Assembly (NCBI GenBank): GCA_945890755.1
Contig: CAMDDA010000001.1
Span: forward strand, 7,656-71,655
From: Candidatus Kuenenia stuttgartensis
GTDB taxonomy: Bacteria; Planctomycetota; Planctomycetia; Pirellulales; UBA1268
Length of the DNA stretch: 64,000 nucleotides
Direction: 5' to 3'
Below the pieces are notes generated by a model. The model had not been told where the DNA came from. It saw only the letters and a program-made list of their open reading frames with translations, and did not search any database. Both the position numbers and the translations under genes were made by a program. This document shows positions 19,438-29,384 of this stretch, in pieces; the stretch's first letter is position 1, and each line of letters begins with the position of its first letter.

Positions 19438-20586
19438 TCACGGCTTCTCGATTTCGGTCACCAACTGCGTGAGCACCGCCGCGCGATCAGCCGGTGCGGG
19501 CCCGCGAATCCCCAAGAGCAGCGGCCGCTGGGAGGCTGCCCAGGCCGGGTTCGCCGCGATCTTGGCATTCGCCTTGGCGAGCAGATCGTCGGCGTTCTTA
19601 TTGACCACGACTGCGGCCGCCGCCACGGCGCTGCGGACGTATTCGGCCGCCTGCACGTCGGGGTTCGGCTCGGCAGGGGCGTCGAAGCGGCCCAGGGCCC
19701 AGGCGATCCCCTGCTGCATGTGTTTTTGAAACATCGGCTCCTTCCACGTGGCGTCGTTGTGGCCGAAGTTCGTGTTGAACACGCGGCCCTTGCCATACTC
19801 GCGGACCCAGGCCACCGGCACGTGCCACGGCTCCTTGGGCGAACTGGCCGGCATGTCGAGGCTGACGAGCACCCGGAGGTTCTCCGGTTTGTACCGCAGG
19901 TCGTACTGGTAGATCTCGTCCTTCCAGCGAAAGCGGTCCGCAAACATGCTCGTGACCGGATGGCCGGGCTCATGCACGACGAACCCGTGTTCGCCCCCTG
20001 CGTTCCACGGATGGCCGGCGAAGTGGCCGCCGATCATGTCGACGTAGGCGTCCGACGACTTGAGCGTGTCGGTGGCCGCGTGCATGCCGATGAAGGCCTT
20101 GCCCGACTTGATCCAGGTCAGGAATCCATCGAGGTCGGGCAGAGGCAGGTTCCCGGTCGTGCTCGCGAAGATCACGCCGTCGAACTGGGCCAGCGACTCC
20201 GGCGCGAAGGCCTTGGCGAACTGCTCCCGGAGCCCCTGCTGCCAGACGGCATCAGCCTTCTGAAACGCTTCCTGTGCCGCCTTGAACGCCGCCTGCTCCC
20301 GAGCCCAGGCCTCGTCGGTCGTGCCCTCGGCCCGCTTTGGAGCCTTGGGCGCCGCCGCACGGCCCGGGGGCATCCGCAGGAAATCGACATGAAAGAGGCC
20401 GCTCTCCCGTCCCAGTTCCTCGAGCACTGGCTCCGCCGTCGCGATCGACGCATGCCGAAAGCCGGTCGTGACCGTGACCACCAGCAGGCGGGCAGGCTTC
20501 ACGGGCTCGGCGGCCCGGGCGGCCTCCCGACCGTAGCCGGCGATGATGACAACCGCGAAACACAACGACGCACGGAACGATCGCAT
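19438..20586 (-). CDS. secreted ThuA-domain protein with C-terminal extension
   Basis: Signal-like N-terminus. ThuA-like blocks [54 protein letters not shown]. Confidence 0.6.
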   Translation of the reverse strand: MRSFRASLCFAVVIIAGYGREAARAAEPVKPARLLVVTVTTGFRHASIATAEPVLEELGRESGLFHVDFLRMPPGRAAAPKAPKRAEGTTDEAWAREQAAFKAAQEAFQKADAVWQQGLREQFAKAFAPESLAQFDGVIFASTTGNLPLPDLDGFLTWIKSGKAFIGMHAATDTLKSSDAYVDMIGGHFAGHPWNAGGEHGFVVHEPGHPVTSMFADRFRWKDEIYQYDLRYKPENLRVLVSLDMPASSPKEPWHVPVAWVREYGKGRVFNTNFGHNDATWKEPMFQKHMQQGIAWALGRFDAPAEPNPDVQAAEYVRSAVAAAAVVVNKNADDLLAKANAKIAANPAWAASQRPLLLGIRGPAPADRAAVLTQLVTEIEKP

Positions 20587-20772
20587 GAGAAGGCCTCTGC
20601 AGCTAAGGACGGGGGCGGGAGTAGGGATCGCAGGCAGGGCACCGGAAAACCACTTCCCGGAAGTCTAACGCACCCCGTGGACCTGTGCCCTTCGGTCCGC
20701 AAAGACCTGATTACAATGCCCCCGCATCCGCCCGACCATTTTCCACCGACTCCCCAAGGAGAGCCCGCAGCC

Positions 20773-21978
20773 ATGGCCAAGCAGTCTGTCGCCGACATCG
20801 ATCCCCAGGGCAAGACCGTCCTCGTCCGCGTCGATTTCAACGTGCCGCAGGACGACTCCGGGGTGATCACCGACGATCGGCGGATCCGCATGGCGCTGCC
20901 GACGATCCGGTCGATCCTCGACCGCGGCGGCAAGGCGGTGCTGATGTCGCACCTCGGCCGGCCTGCCGGCAAGGGGCACGAGCCCGCCTTCTCGCTCGCA
21001 CCGGTCGCCAACCGGCTCGGCGAACTTCTCGGCACGCCCGTCGTGCTGGCTGCCGACACGGGCGGCGCTGATTCGCAGGCCAAGGCCGCGGCACTCCCCG
21101 CCGGCGGCGTGCTCGTGCTGGAGAACGTGCGGTTCAACAAGGGGGAGAAAAAGGGGGACGATGCGGCCTATGTCGCCGGTCTGGCCGCGCTCGCCGACGC
21201 CTACGTCAACGACGCCTTCGGCACCTGCCATCGCACCGAGGCCAGCATGCACGCGGTCCCCGTGGCCATGAAGGCCGCCGGCAAGCCGGCCGTGTCGGGC
21301 TTCCTCGTCGAGAAGGAGATCCGGTACCTCTCGGACGCGATCGCGAAGCCCAAGCGGCCATTCGTGGCAATCCTCGGCGGCAAGAAAGTGTCGGACAAGA
21401 TCGCCGTGATCACGAACCTGCTCTCGATCTGCGATCACGTGCTCATCGGCGGTGCCATGGCCTACACCTTTTCGCTGGCCCAGGGGGGCAAGACGGGCAA
21501 GTCGCTCGTCGAGCCTGACAAGGTCGAACTCGCCCGCGAGCTGGTGGCCAAGGGGGGCTCGAAGCTCGTGCTCCCCGTCGATACACACTGCGCCGACGCC
21601 TTTTCGGCCGCGGCGAACAAGCAGGTCGTGAAAGCCGGCGCGATTCCCGAGGGCTTTGAAGGTCTCGATATCGGGCCGGAGACGGCACGCCGCTATGCCG
21701 ACATCATCCGCGGCGCCGGCACCGTCGTCTGGAACGGTCCCATGGGCGTGTTCGAACTGCCGCCGTTCGACGCCGGCACCAAGGCCGTGGCCGACGCCGT
21801 CGCGGAGGCGACCGCCAAGGGGGCGATCACGATCATCGGCGGCGGCGACTCGGCGGCGGCCGTCGAGCAGCTCGGCTATGCCGACAAGGTGAGCCACGTC
21901 TCCACCGGCGGCGGCGCGTCGCTGGAGTTGCTCGAAGGCAAGGCCTTCGAGACCGTGGCCGCTCTCGACGAAAAATGA
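20773..21978 (+). CDS. pgk: phosphoglycerate kinase
   Basis: ATG at 20773 preceded by [50 protein letters not shown]. The 5' 1.6 kb of track ORF 19174 is a shadow of the ThuA gene. Confidence 0.96.
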   Translation: MAKQSVADIDPQGKTVLVRVDFNVPQDDSGVITDDRRIRMALPTIRSILDRGGKAVLMSHLGRPAGKGHEPAFSLAPVANRLGELLGTPVVLAADTGGADSQAKAAALPAGGVLVLENVRFNKGEKKGDDAAYVAGLAALADAYVNDAFGTCHRTEASMHAVPVAMKAAGKPAVSGFLVEKEIRYLSDAIAKPKRPFVAILGGKKVSDKIAVITNLLSICDHVLIGGAMAYTFSLAQGGKTGKSLVEPDKVELARELVAKGGSKLVLPVDTHCADAFSAAANKQVVKAGAIPEGFEGLDIGPETARRYADIIRGAGTVVWNGPMGVFELPPFDAGTKAVADAVAEATAKGAITIIGGGDSAAAVEQLGYADKVSHVSTGGGASLELLEGKAFETVAALDEK

Positions 21979-21981
21979 TGA

Positions 21982-23226
21982 TCAGAGCCCGACTGTCTCT
22001 CGGGACGACGGCGCACGATCCGCGGTCAGCCGAGCCTCGGCATCGGCGGCGTAGGCCCGGTCGTGCTCACTGAGCCGACCGAGCGGCACGATCACCGTAC
22101 GGCCGTTGGGCTTGCGGATCTCGACGCCTTCGGCCCGCACCTCTACGAGCATGCCCACGGTCGCGTAGCTACCCGTGTCGTCGACCCACCGCCGCAGCGG
22201 CTCGCGGCTGGCATCGCTGAACGGATCGGCTTCCAAGGTGGGCTCCTCGGCAGCCGGCTCCTCGGCAGCCGGAGCGGGAGCGTCATCGGCAGCCGGCTCA
22301 GTCACAGGCTCCGCAGTCGGCTCACTCGCATCGGCCGCTGGCTCGAGTTCCGGCTCGGCTGCTGACGGCTCAGCCAGCGGATCGGCGACCGGCTCCGCAG
22401 CCGGTTCCGTTACGGCCGCCGGCTCCCCAAACAGGTTGTCGGCGCTCGGCTCGGTGGAAGGCTCGCTCGGCGCAACTGCAGGCTCGGTGGGACCGGGTGC
22501 GAGGAGCGCGGCGTCGGCGGCCGACTCGACCTCCTCGAAAATGTTGGGTTCGGCCGGGGGAGCCGCCGGCTCGACGACGGCCGCTGGCTCCGGCTGCGGC
22601 GGCTGGAACGCGGGTTCGGCCGGAGTCGCAGGCTCAGCCACGGGCTCTTGCGTCGCTGGCTCGGCCGGTGGTGCCACGGCCGGCTCGACCGCGGGTTCAC
22701 CAGGCGCCGGTGCAGTCGCCGGCTCCACGGGAGCAGGCTCGAGCGCCACCACTGGTTCGACGGCCGGCGTGGGATCGACCGCCGGCTTCAGTTCCGGCAC
22801 GGCGGGGGCCACGGCGGCAATGCCATTCAGGGGCACGACACTCGACTCCGCCGGTGCAGGTGCCGGCTCAACGGCGATGGTCGGCTCACTCGGAGCCACG
22901 ACCGATTCGGCTCCGGTGACCGCCTCAGTCGCATCGACGACCACCTCACCAACGACGCTGTCGGACGCACCCCCACAGCAGACGTCGTCCCGCCAGCCAT
23001 CGACGACCACGACCGTGCCGGAGACGACCTCGCCGCAGCAATCGGCGCCGTGCATCACCCCCTCGTGACATCCCGGCCATGTCTCCACCGGCGGGCATGC
23101 CGGCTGCCAACAACCGCGGGCCGCACGGGCATGCGCGTGGCGGAGATACCAGCAGGCCTTCGCCGTATCGACCGATAGCGAACAGGTGAGCACACCGATC
23201 AGCAGGCAGTTGAAACAGCGACGCAC
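21982..23226 (-). CDS. secreted Cys-rich / Pro-Glu-Ala-rich protein with C-terminal SHD1-like domain
   Basis: GTG at 23226 (residue 82 of the track ORF) is preceded by CCCCGAGG and opens a signal-like VRRCFNCLLIGVLTCSLSV. The low-complexity EPA repeat region includes a 15-bp tandem duplication at about 22241-22272. C-terminus RRWVDDTGSYATVGMLVEVRAEGVEIRKPNGRTVIVPLGRLS resembles the SLA1 homology domain 1. Confidence 0.5.
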   Translation of the reverse strand: MRRCFNCLLIGVLTCSLSVDTAKACWYLRHAHARAARGCWQPACPPVETWPGCHEGVMHGADCCGEVVSGTVVVVDGWRDDVCCGGASDSVVGEVVVDATEAVTGAESVVAPSEPTIAVEPAPAPAESSVVPLNGIAAVAPAVPELKPAVDPTPAVEPVVALEPAPVEPATAPAPGEPAVEPAVAPPAEPATQEPVAEPATPAEPAFQPPQPEPAAVVEPAAPPAEPNIFEEVESAADAALLAPGPTEPAVAPSEPSTEPSADNLFGEPAAVTEPAAEPVADPLAEPSAAEPELEPAADASEPTAEPVTEPAADDAPAPAAEEPAAEEPTLEADPFSDASREPLRRWVDDTGSYATVGMLVEVRAEGVEIRKPNGRTVIVPLGRLSEHDRAYAADAEARLTADRAPSSRETVGL

Positions 23227-23382
23227 AGGGCACCTCGGGGGAAACGAATACGGACAAATTCTGCCACGAAAAAACGGCGCAGGCGGATCCGAGCCGCGGC
23301 AGCCATCTGCAGATGCTACTTGCCCGAAAATGCCGCCGCAAACGGGGTCCGGACAGGACAAAGAGCGACGACCACGGCGGCG

Positions 23383-23423
23383 GGAAAAGAGCGGGGCCGC
23401 GGAAGCGTATGCCACCGCGGCCC
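23383..23423 (-). terminator. candidate intrinsic terminator downstream of nrdJ
   Basis: On the minus strand, GGGCCGCGG-N12-CCGCGGCCC (23394-23423) is followed by GCTCTTTTCCC. The U-tract is short and interrupted, and the site lies about 240 nt after the stop codon. Confidence 0.3.
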
Positions 23424-23663
23424 TGCCGTGAATCGAACCTGTCAACCGCCTGCGAACGGGGTAGATCAAAGCGAGACTGATGCGGACCGGGCCGGAGACA
23501 CGGGGCCACCGGCTTTCAGGGGATCCGGATCAACGCAAAGGGGTTGGCACCTCCGACGGAACGCGGCGACAGGTCGAATGCGATGCCAGTAGCTTCGGCC
23601 GCCACCTGGCACCGCCTCCATCCCGTCCACCACGCCCTCCTACAACCGTCACCGTCTCTTCAT

Positions 23664-26600
23664 TCAGCTACACCCCATGCTGTTGCCACAGTTATGGCAG
23701 AGGTAGCAATTTCCGTTGCGGACCGTGATCGAGCCGCAGTTGTCACAGGCCGGGGCGTCGATCTGGAACTTGGCGAACTGGGTTTGCCGGTCGGCCACGC
23801 TGGCCGTGGGATCGACGGCCATCTTGAGGCCGGCCCGCTCCAGGAGCGTGGCCGTCGTGGCCTTCGTCGCCGCAGCCTTCGTCGCGGCCTGTCCGTTGCC
23901 GCCGGCCGGGTGCTTGCCGCGGCTGCCGGTCACTTCGCCGTTCGTCCGGGCCTTTCCTTGGCCATCAGCCAGCCCGCTCGCCGTCGTGGCGGCGGGCTTG
24001 CGCTCTGTTTCCGTGTCGCCCCCGGCAGCGGCCTCCCCGCCGCTGCTCTCGCCGCCATAGCCACCGGGCCGGTTGGCCTCGCGATAGCCGGGAATGAACT
24101 CCGTGCCCATCCAGCGGAAGAGATAGTCCACCAAGCTCTTCGCGACCGGGATGTCGGGATTCTTGGTGTAGCCCCAGGGCTCGAAGCGGGTGTGTGAGAA
24201 CTTCTTCACATACACCTCGAGCGGCACGCCGTACTGCAGGCTCATCGACACCGCCGTGCCGAAGGCGTCCATCAGGCCGCCGATCGTGCTCCCTTCCTTC
24301 GCCATGGTGATGAAGAGCTCGCCCGGACGGCCGTCGTCGTAGAGGCCCACGGTGATGTAGCCCTCGTGGCCGCCGACATTGAACTTGTGGGTCACGCTCC
24401 GGCGGGTGTCCGGAAGCCGCTCCCGCCGCGGGGCCGCGGTCGCCTTCGCGGCCACCTTGTCGCTCTCCGAGCTCGTGTTGAGCGGCTGGCTCTCCTTCGA
24501 GCCGTCGCGGTAGATCGCGAGGGCCTTGAGACCCATCCGCCAGCCCTCCATGTAGGCGCCGGAAATGTCTTCAGGCGTGGTCTCCCGCGGCATGTTCACC
24601 GTCTTGGAGATCGCGCCGGAGATGAAGGGCTGGGCCGCCGCCATCATCTTCACGTGCGCCTCCCAGGCGATGCTCCGCTTGCCGAGCCGGGGCTTGAAGG
24701 CACAGTCGAAGACCGACAGGTGCTGGTCCTTGAGACCCGGCGCCCCTTCGATCGTGTCGTTCTTGTCGATGAACGACAAAATCGCCTCGACCGCGGGCTC
24801 GTCATAGCCGAGCGTCCGCAGGGCGAGCGGCACAGTCTGATTGACGATCTTGAGCATGCCGCCGCCGGCGAGCTGCTTGTATTTCACGAGCGCGATGTCG
24901 GGCTCGATGCCGGTCGTGTCGCAGTCCATGAGGAAGCTGATCGTGCCGGTCGGGGCGAGCACCGTCGCCTGGGCATTGCGGTAGCCATGCCGCCGGCCGC
25001 CGGCGAGCACGTCGTCCCAGATCGTCCGCGCCGCATCGTGCAGATACTTCGGACACGACGGGTGGATCTTCTCCACCGCGTCGCGGTGCATCTGCATCAC
25101 GTTGAGCATCGGCTCCCGGTTGGCGGCAAAACCCTCGAACGGCCCCACCGCTCCGGCCATCTCCGCACTCGTCCGATTGGCCGTACCGTGAAGGATCGCG
25201 GTGAGCGCCCCGCACAGCCCGCGGCCCTCGTCGCTGTCGTAGGCGAGGCCGTCGGCCATCAGCAGGCTGCCGAGGTTCGAGTAGCCGAGGCCCAGCGGCC
25301 GGAACATGTGGCTGTTGCGGGCGATCCTCGCCGTCGGATAGCTGGCGTGGTCGACCAGGATCTCCTGGGCGACGAAGAAGATCCGACAGGCCGCCGCAAA
25401 CCGCTCGACGTCGAAGGCGCCGTCGGGCTTGCGGAACTTCATCAAATTGATGCTCGCGAGATTGCAGGCCGTATCGTCCAAAAACATGTACTCTGAGCAC
25501 GGATTCGACGCGTTGATCCGGCCGGAGTTGGGGCAGGTGTGCCAGCGGTTGATCGTCGTGTCGTATTGCACGCCCGGATCACCACACTGCCAGGCGCACT
25601 CCGACATCCGGTGCATGACCTCGCGGGCCTTGTAGCTCGGGCCGGCCTTCGTCGAGTCGGTCACCCAGCGGGTCGTCCAGGTGTCGTCACGGTCGACGGC
25701 CTCCATGAAGTCGTCGGTCAGGCGGACCGACAGGTTGGCGTTCTGGAACAGGATCGAGCTGTAGGCCTCGCCGTTGAAGTTGGAGTCGTAGCCCCCCTTC
25801 TCGATCAGGATCCGGGCCTTCTTCTCTTCCTTGCTCTTGCACTCGATGAATTCCATGATGTCCGGATGGAAGACCTTGAGCGACTGCATCTTGGCGGCGC
25901 GGCGGGTCTTGCCGCCGCTCTTCACCACGGCCGCCACCTGGTCGTAGACCCGCATGAATGAGAGCGGGCCCGACGGCTTGCCGCCGCCGGCCAGCTTTTC
26001 CCGCTGGCTGCGGAGCGTGGAGAGGTCGGTGCCGGTGCCGGAGCCAAATTTGAAGAGCATGGCCTCGCTCCGGGCGAGTTCCATGATGTCTTCCATCGTG
26101 TCCTTCACGCTCTGGATGAAGCAGGCGCTGCCCTGCGGATACTCGTAGGGGTTGTCGGGCATCACGACATCCCGCTTCGCCTCGTCCCACCGCCAGTTGC
26201 ACGGCGCACCCTTCACGCCGTATTGGTTGTAGAGACCCACGTTGAACCAGACCGGCGAGTTGAAGGCGCCATGCTGATGGACGCAGAGCCAGGCGAGGTC
26301 GCGATAGAAGTTCTCGCCATCCTGCTTCGACTTGAAGTAGCCGTCCTTGATCCCCCAGTCGGCGATCGTGCGGGCGACGCGATGCACCAACTGCTTGACG
26401 GAGTGCTCCCGCTCGGGGGTGTGGATCTCCCCGTAGAAATATTTGCTCACGACCACGTTGGTGGCCAACTGGCTCCAGGCCGCCGGAATCTCACAGGCCG
26501 GCTGCTCGAAGAGCACCTTGCCGTCCTCCCCCTTGATCGCGGCCGTGCGGAGCTCCCCTGCGGTGGTGTCGAACGGGCTGTCGACCTCGGTCGGGCAGAA

Positions 26601-26714
26601 GGTCGGGTGAACCTCGAGGGCATTCCGCGGGGCCGAAGGGGCCGCCGACCGGGTGGGATCGGCCGCGGCAGTGGTGCTGCCGACGAGCGTCGCGGACGGT
26701 TCGAAATTCGCCAT
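23664..26714 (-). CDS. nrdJ: adenosylcobalamin-dependent (class II) ribonucleotide reductase
   Basis: 1016 aa. Class II RNR blocks: VVSKYFYG, FNSPVWFN, CFIQSV.DTMEDI, GSGTG..LS.LR, NPCSEY. C-terminal Zn-ribbon tail CDNCGS...CYLCHNCG. AAGGAG lies 9 nt before the ATG. Confidence 0.92.
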   Translation of the reverse strand: MANFEPSATLVGSTTAAADPTRSAAPSAPRNALEVHPTFCPTEVDSPFDTTAGELRTAAIKGEDGKVLFEQPACEIPAAWSQLATNVVVSKYFYGEIHTPEREHSVKQLVHRVARTIADWGIKDGYFKSKQDGENFYRDLAWLCVHQHGAFNSPVWFNVGLYNQYGVKGAPCNWRWDEAKRDVVMPDNPYEYPQGSACFIQSVKDTMEDIMELARSEAMLFKFGSGTGTDLSTLRSQREKLAGGGKPSGPLSFMRVYDQVAAVVKSGGKTRRAAKMQSLKVFHPDIMEFIECKSKEEKKARILIEKGGYDSNFNGEAYSSILFQNANLSVRLTDDFMEAVDRDDTWTTRWVTDSTKAGPSYKAREVMHRMSECAWQCGDPGVQYDTTINRWHTCPNSGRINASNPCSEYMFLDDTACNLASINLMKFRKPDGAFDVERFAAACRIFFVAQEILVDHASYPTARIARNSHMFRPLGLGYSNLGSLLMADGLAYDSDEGRGLCGALTAILHGTANRTSAEMAGAVGPFEGFAANREPMLNVMQMHRDAVEKIHPSCPKYLHDAARTIWDDVLAGGRRHGYRNAQATVLAPTGTISFLMDCDTTGIEPDIALVKYKQLAGGGMLKIVNQTVPLALRTLGYDEPAVEAILSFIDKNDTIEGAPGLKDQHLSVFDCAFKPRLGKRSIAWEAHVKMMAAAQPFISGAISKTVNMPRETTPEDISGAYMEGWRMGLKALAIYRDGSKESQPLNTSSESDKVAAKATAAPRRERLPDTRRSVTHKFNVGGHEGYITVGLYDDGRPGELFITMAKEGSTIGGLMDAFGTAVSMSLQYGVPLEVYVKKFSHTRFEPWGYTKNPDIPVAKSLVDYLFRWMGTEFIPGYREANRPGGYGGESSGGEAAAGGDTETERKPAATTASGLADGQGKARTNGEVTGSRGKHPAGGNGQAATKAAATKATTATLLERAGLKMAVDPTASVADRQTQFAKFQIDAPACDNCGSITVRNGNCYLCHNCGNSMGCS

Positions 26715-26793
26715 GGTTCTGTGCTCCTTGCTGGGGACGTGGCTGGGTGGGGCTCGAAACGACGATCCCCGGGGGGCAAAGACCGACCACTAA

Positions 26794-26821
26794 AGTATAC
26801 TGGCGTATAGCATCGACTCAA
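26794..26821 (-). promoter_or_regulatory. candidate sigma-70-type promoter of nrdJ
   Basis: Minus strand: TTGAGT (26821-26816), 16-nt spacer, TATACT (26799-26794), inside a local AT-rich patch. The predicted leader to ATG 26714 is about 75 nt. Confidence 0.4.
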
Positions 26822-27252
26822 CTCTCATCGGGTCGGCGACAGGCTGGCGATGAATCGTTCAGCCGGGCGGGACCGGGAATCAAACGCGAAGTCGAGAAAG
26901 CAGTTCCGTCTGCGAGCTATCGCAAGATATTGTGGCCGGCCGCTGCCGGACCCCTTCCTATGGGCCGGGGCGTGAATGTAGCGAGCCCGATTGGGGCGTC
27001 AAGTGTCGCCTGGGACGGCGTCGAAATTGCCCGCAGAAACGCCCTCGCAGCCGCCGCGGGCGGCCGTGGGGGCCGATAGCGGACCCCCTCCCAGCGATGG
27101 GTTTCTGCTCCGGACTCGCCCGGCGGGGGATCGACTGCGACAATGTGGTTCATCATGTTTCAGCGTGATGCTGCCGGCCAAAGGTGCCGGCAGGGTCGGC
27201 ACCGCGGACGCCGGCTTTGATCTGCACCCCTTTCGCCCCGGAGTTCGCTGCC

Positions 27253-27807
27253 ATGCCCCCTTTTTTCCCGCCGCGTCCGCTCGACGGTATCCGCATCCTC
27301 GCCCTCGTCGGCGACGACTACGAAGACCTCGAACTCTGGTATCCGAAACTCCGCCTGGAAGAGGCGGGCGCCCATGTCACGGTGGCCGGCCTGATGCAGG
27401 GCCGCACCTATGCCGGCAAGCACGGGTATCCCTGCACGAGCGATGCGGCGATCACCGACATGGAGGCCGCCGACTTTCATGGCATTCTGCTCCCCGGCGG
27501 CTGGATGCCCGACAAACTTCGTCGCGATGAAAAGGTGCTCGATCTGGTCCGCGAGTTCGCCGCCCACGGCAAGCTCGTCGCGGCGATCTGCCACGGCGGC
27601 TGGATTCCGATTTCGGCGGGTGTCTATCGGGGAGTGCGGGTCACCGGCAGCCCGGGCATCAAGGACGACCTCATGAACGCCGGTGCGATCTGGGAAGACA
27701 CGCAGGTCGTCGTCGACCGCCATTTCGTGTCGAGTCGCAAGCCGGCCGACCTGCCGGCATTCATGGGGGCGATCGTGGAACTCCTGGCGGCCGTGCCGGT
27801 GCCATGA
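27253..27807 (+). CDS. DJ-1/PfpI-family intracellular protease/deglycase
   Basis: ILALVGDDYEDLELWYP...LLPGGW...VAAICHGGWIPISAG contains the nucleophile elbow C-H. ATG at 27253 (residue 24 of the track ORF). Confidence 0.82.
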   Translation: MPPFFPPRPLDGIRILALVGDDYEDLELWYPKLRLEEAGAHVTVAGLMQGRTYAGKHGYPCTSDAAITDMEAADFHGILLPGGWMPDKLRRDEKVLDLVREFAAHGKLVAAICHGGWIPISAGVYRGVRVTGSPGIKDDLMNAGAIWEDTQVVVDRHFVSSRKPADLPAFMGAIVELLAAVPVP

Positions 27808-28316
27808 CGCCCGATCGCGGTGCTAGACTCGCGGCCGTGAGCACCACCTCTGAGCCGCCGCTCGACGCCGCCAGGGTCCGCCTCCGTGAGGCGGGCCTGC
27901 GGTGCACGGCCGCGCGGCTGGCAGTTCTCGCCCACCTGATGGAGGCAACAGGACCCAAGACCCACGCCGAGGTGTCGGATGCGCTCACCGACCGGGGCTT
28001 CGACCGGGCCACGATCTATCGCAACCTCACCGAACTCACCGAGGCTTCGATCGTCTCACGCGTCGAACTGGGTGACCACGTCTGGAGGTTCGAGATGCGC
28101 CGCGTGGGGGCCCACGGCCAGGACCATCCGCATTTTCTCTGTACGACCTGCGGCGAGGTGTCGTGTCTCGACGACGTGCACGTGGCGATCACGCCCAAGC
28201 CGGCGGCCGCCACGCCGAAGTCAAAGTCCCGACGCGGCGGGCCGAGCGGCGGTCAGGTGACGATCGGCACGGTGACCGAGGTGCTCCTCAAGGGCCGCTG
28301 CGACAACTGCGGCTGA
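27804..28316 (+). CDS. Fur-family metalloregulator (Zur/PerR-like)
   Basis: The start overlaps the pfpI-like stop (ATGA). Winged helix TAARLAVLAHL...ATIYRNLTELTEASIV. Structural Zn pairs CTTCG and CDNCG. Confidence 0.78.
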   Translation: MTPDRGARLAAVSTTSEPPLDAARVRLREAGLRCTAARLAVLAHLMEATGPKTHAEVSDALTDRGFDRATIYRNLTELTEASIVSRVELGDHVWRFEMRRVGAHGQDHPHFLCTTCGEVSCLDDVHVAITPKPAAATPKSKSRRGGPSGGQVTIGTVTEVLLKGRCDNCG

Positions 28317-28318
28317 GG

Positions 28319-29353
28319 CTAATACCAGACCCCAGCCCGCACGAGAAACGTGTCGCTCGGTCGATAGTCGGCCGTGTCGGTCACGTAGTATTCCACGAGC
28401 CGTCCGGTCACCCAGCCGGCTTCGAACCGCCAGTTCACGCCCAGATCGGCCGGCCTGCGCTCCCAGCCCGCCAGCAGTCGGTAGTCGTGGTAGACCACCA
28501 CGTCGTCGACGCCGGTTTCGCGACGGACGGCCCACTGGTTGCCGCCGAACTCGCCGGCGAGATACAGCCAGTGGGCCGCGCGGTCGTCCGCGGCGACCCG
28601 CCAGGCCAGCCGCGGCCGCGGGAAGATCAGCTCGAACCGGCGGTCGTCGGCAGGCGTCCAGAGCAGCCCGCCGGCGGGCAGCATGTTGACGTCGTACCGA
28701 TCGAGGTAGATGACGCCCGCCACGATGCGCAGGTTCTCGCGGGCCTCGTACGCGCCGAACCCATGACCGGTGATCCGCAGGGCCTGGGACGTGTCGTTGA
28801 CGAAATCGCTATACCATCCCGGCGCGACGGCGAGGTCGACACCGAACCGGTCGCCGAGTTTCGTGAGCCACCGCACCTGCAGCCAGGCATCGTAGAGCTG
28901 CGCGGGCAGCCCCGGGTCGGTCGGTCCCGACACCTCGTCCACGAAGCTCGTGCCGAAGCCGGGCGTGAGCAACACCGGTGAGTTCACCGTCGGCGCCGGG
29001 AGGCCGATCGTGAGGCTCGTATCGAGCGTGAGCAGCCCCAGGCCGGCGTTCCCCAGCCGGGGCAATTCAGTGACGGTGACGATGGCCTGCTGCAACGGGC
29101 CCGGCTTCGCGCCCGGCGGCAGCTTGCGACCGGCCGGCGGCTCGAACTCCTGCCGCGGCTGCCCCGGCGGCGCGACGTCGTCGGGCAGCAGCGGCTCCGT
29201 GAGATCCTGCGGGTCGCCGAGGGCCGCCAGGCGGATGCGGCTGAAGAAGTCGTGGTCGACCGGCGGGAGCGGCTCGACGCCCCCGTCCGTCGCCAGGGCC
29301 GACACCGCGAACGCGCTCGAAACCATCACGGTGGCCAGCAGCAGCTTCGTCAT
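28319..29353 (-). CDS. putative outer-membrane beta-barrel protein (paralog 1)
   Basis: Internal ATG at 29353 opens signal peptide MTKLLLATVMVSSAFAVSALA. Pro-rich linker, alternating beta-strand-like C-terminal region, aromatic C-terminus (...RAGVWY). Paralogous to 29385-30605. Confidence 0.5.
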   Translation of the reverse strand: MTKLLLATVMVSSAFAVSALATDGGVEPLPPVDHDFFSRIRLAALGDPQDLTEPLLPDDVAPPGQPRQEFEPPAGRKLPPGAKPGPLQQAIVTVTELPRLGNAGLGLLTLDTSLTIGLPAPTVNSPVLLTPGFGTSFVDEVSGPTDPGLPAQLYDAWLQVRWLTKLGDRFGVDLAVAPGWYSDFVNDTSQALRITGHGFGAYEARENLRIVAGVIYLDRYDVNMLPAGGLLWTPADDRRFELIFPRPRLAWRVAADDRAAHWLYLAGEFGGNQWAVRRETGVDDVVVYHDYRLLAGWERRPADLGVNWRFEAGWVTGRLVEYYVTDTADYRPSDTFLVRAGVWY

Positions 29354-29384
29354 GGACCGCCTCGCGACCGACCCCGCGGGCCGT

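Noticed and set aside
19174-20772. N-terminal 533-aa extension of the pgk ORF; similar 5' extensions of track ORFs 611, 5039, 6830, 8312, 28319 (to 30031), 31810 (to 33108), 33315, 34444, 37115, 49660 (to 52158), 55266 (to 57785) and 60676
   Set aside because: The extensions overlap neighbouring genes or intergenic repeats, are Arg/Pro-rich, and precede internal starts that coincide with the conserved N-termini of the families, often with a Shine-Dalgarno-like purine tract or start/stop overlap.
23262-23300. T-run (CGTTTTTTCG on the minus strand) preceded by GC-rich sequence ~40 nt upstream of the SHD1-protein start
   Set aside because: The preceding sequence forms only short, self-complementary palindromes (CGGATCCG) rather than a stable hairpin. 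Evidence is insufficient for a terminator or attenuator call.
26715-27000. Cobalamin riboswitch or canonical paired NrdR boxes in the nrdJ leader
   Set aside because: I could not find a B12-box-like core (…GCCACTG…). The two NrdR-like 16-mers match only about 12/16 or need an indel, and they are ~134 bp apart rather than the usual ~31 bp. I kept them only as a low-interest note.
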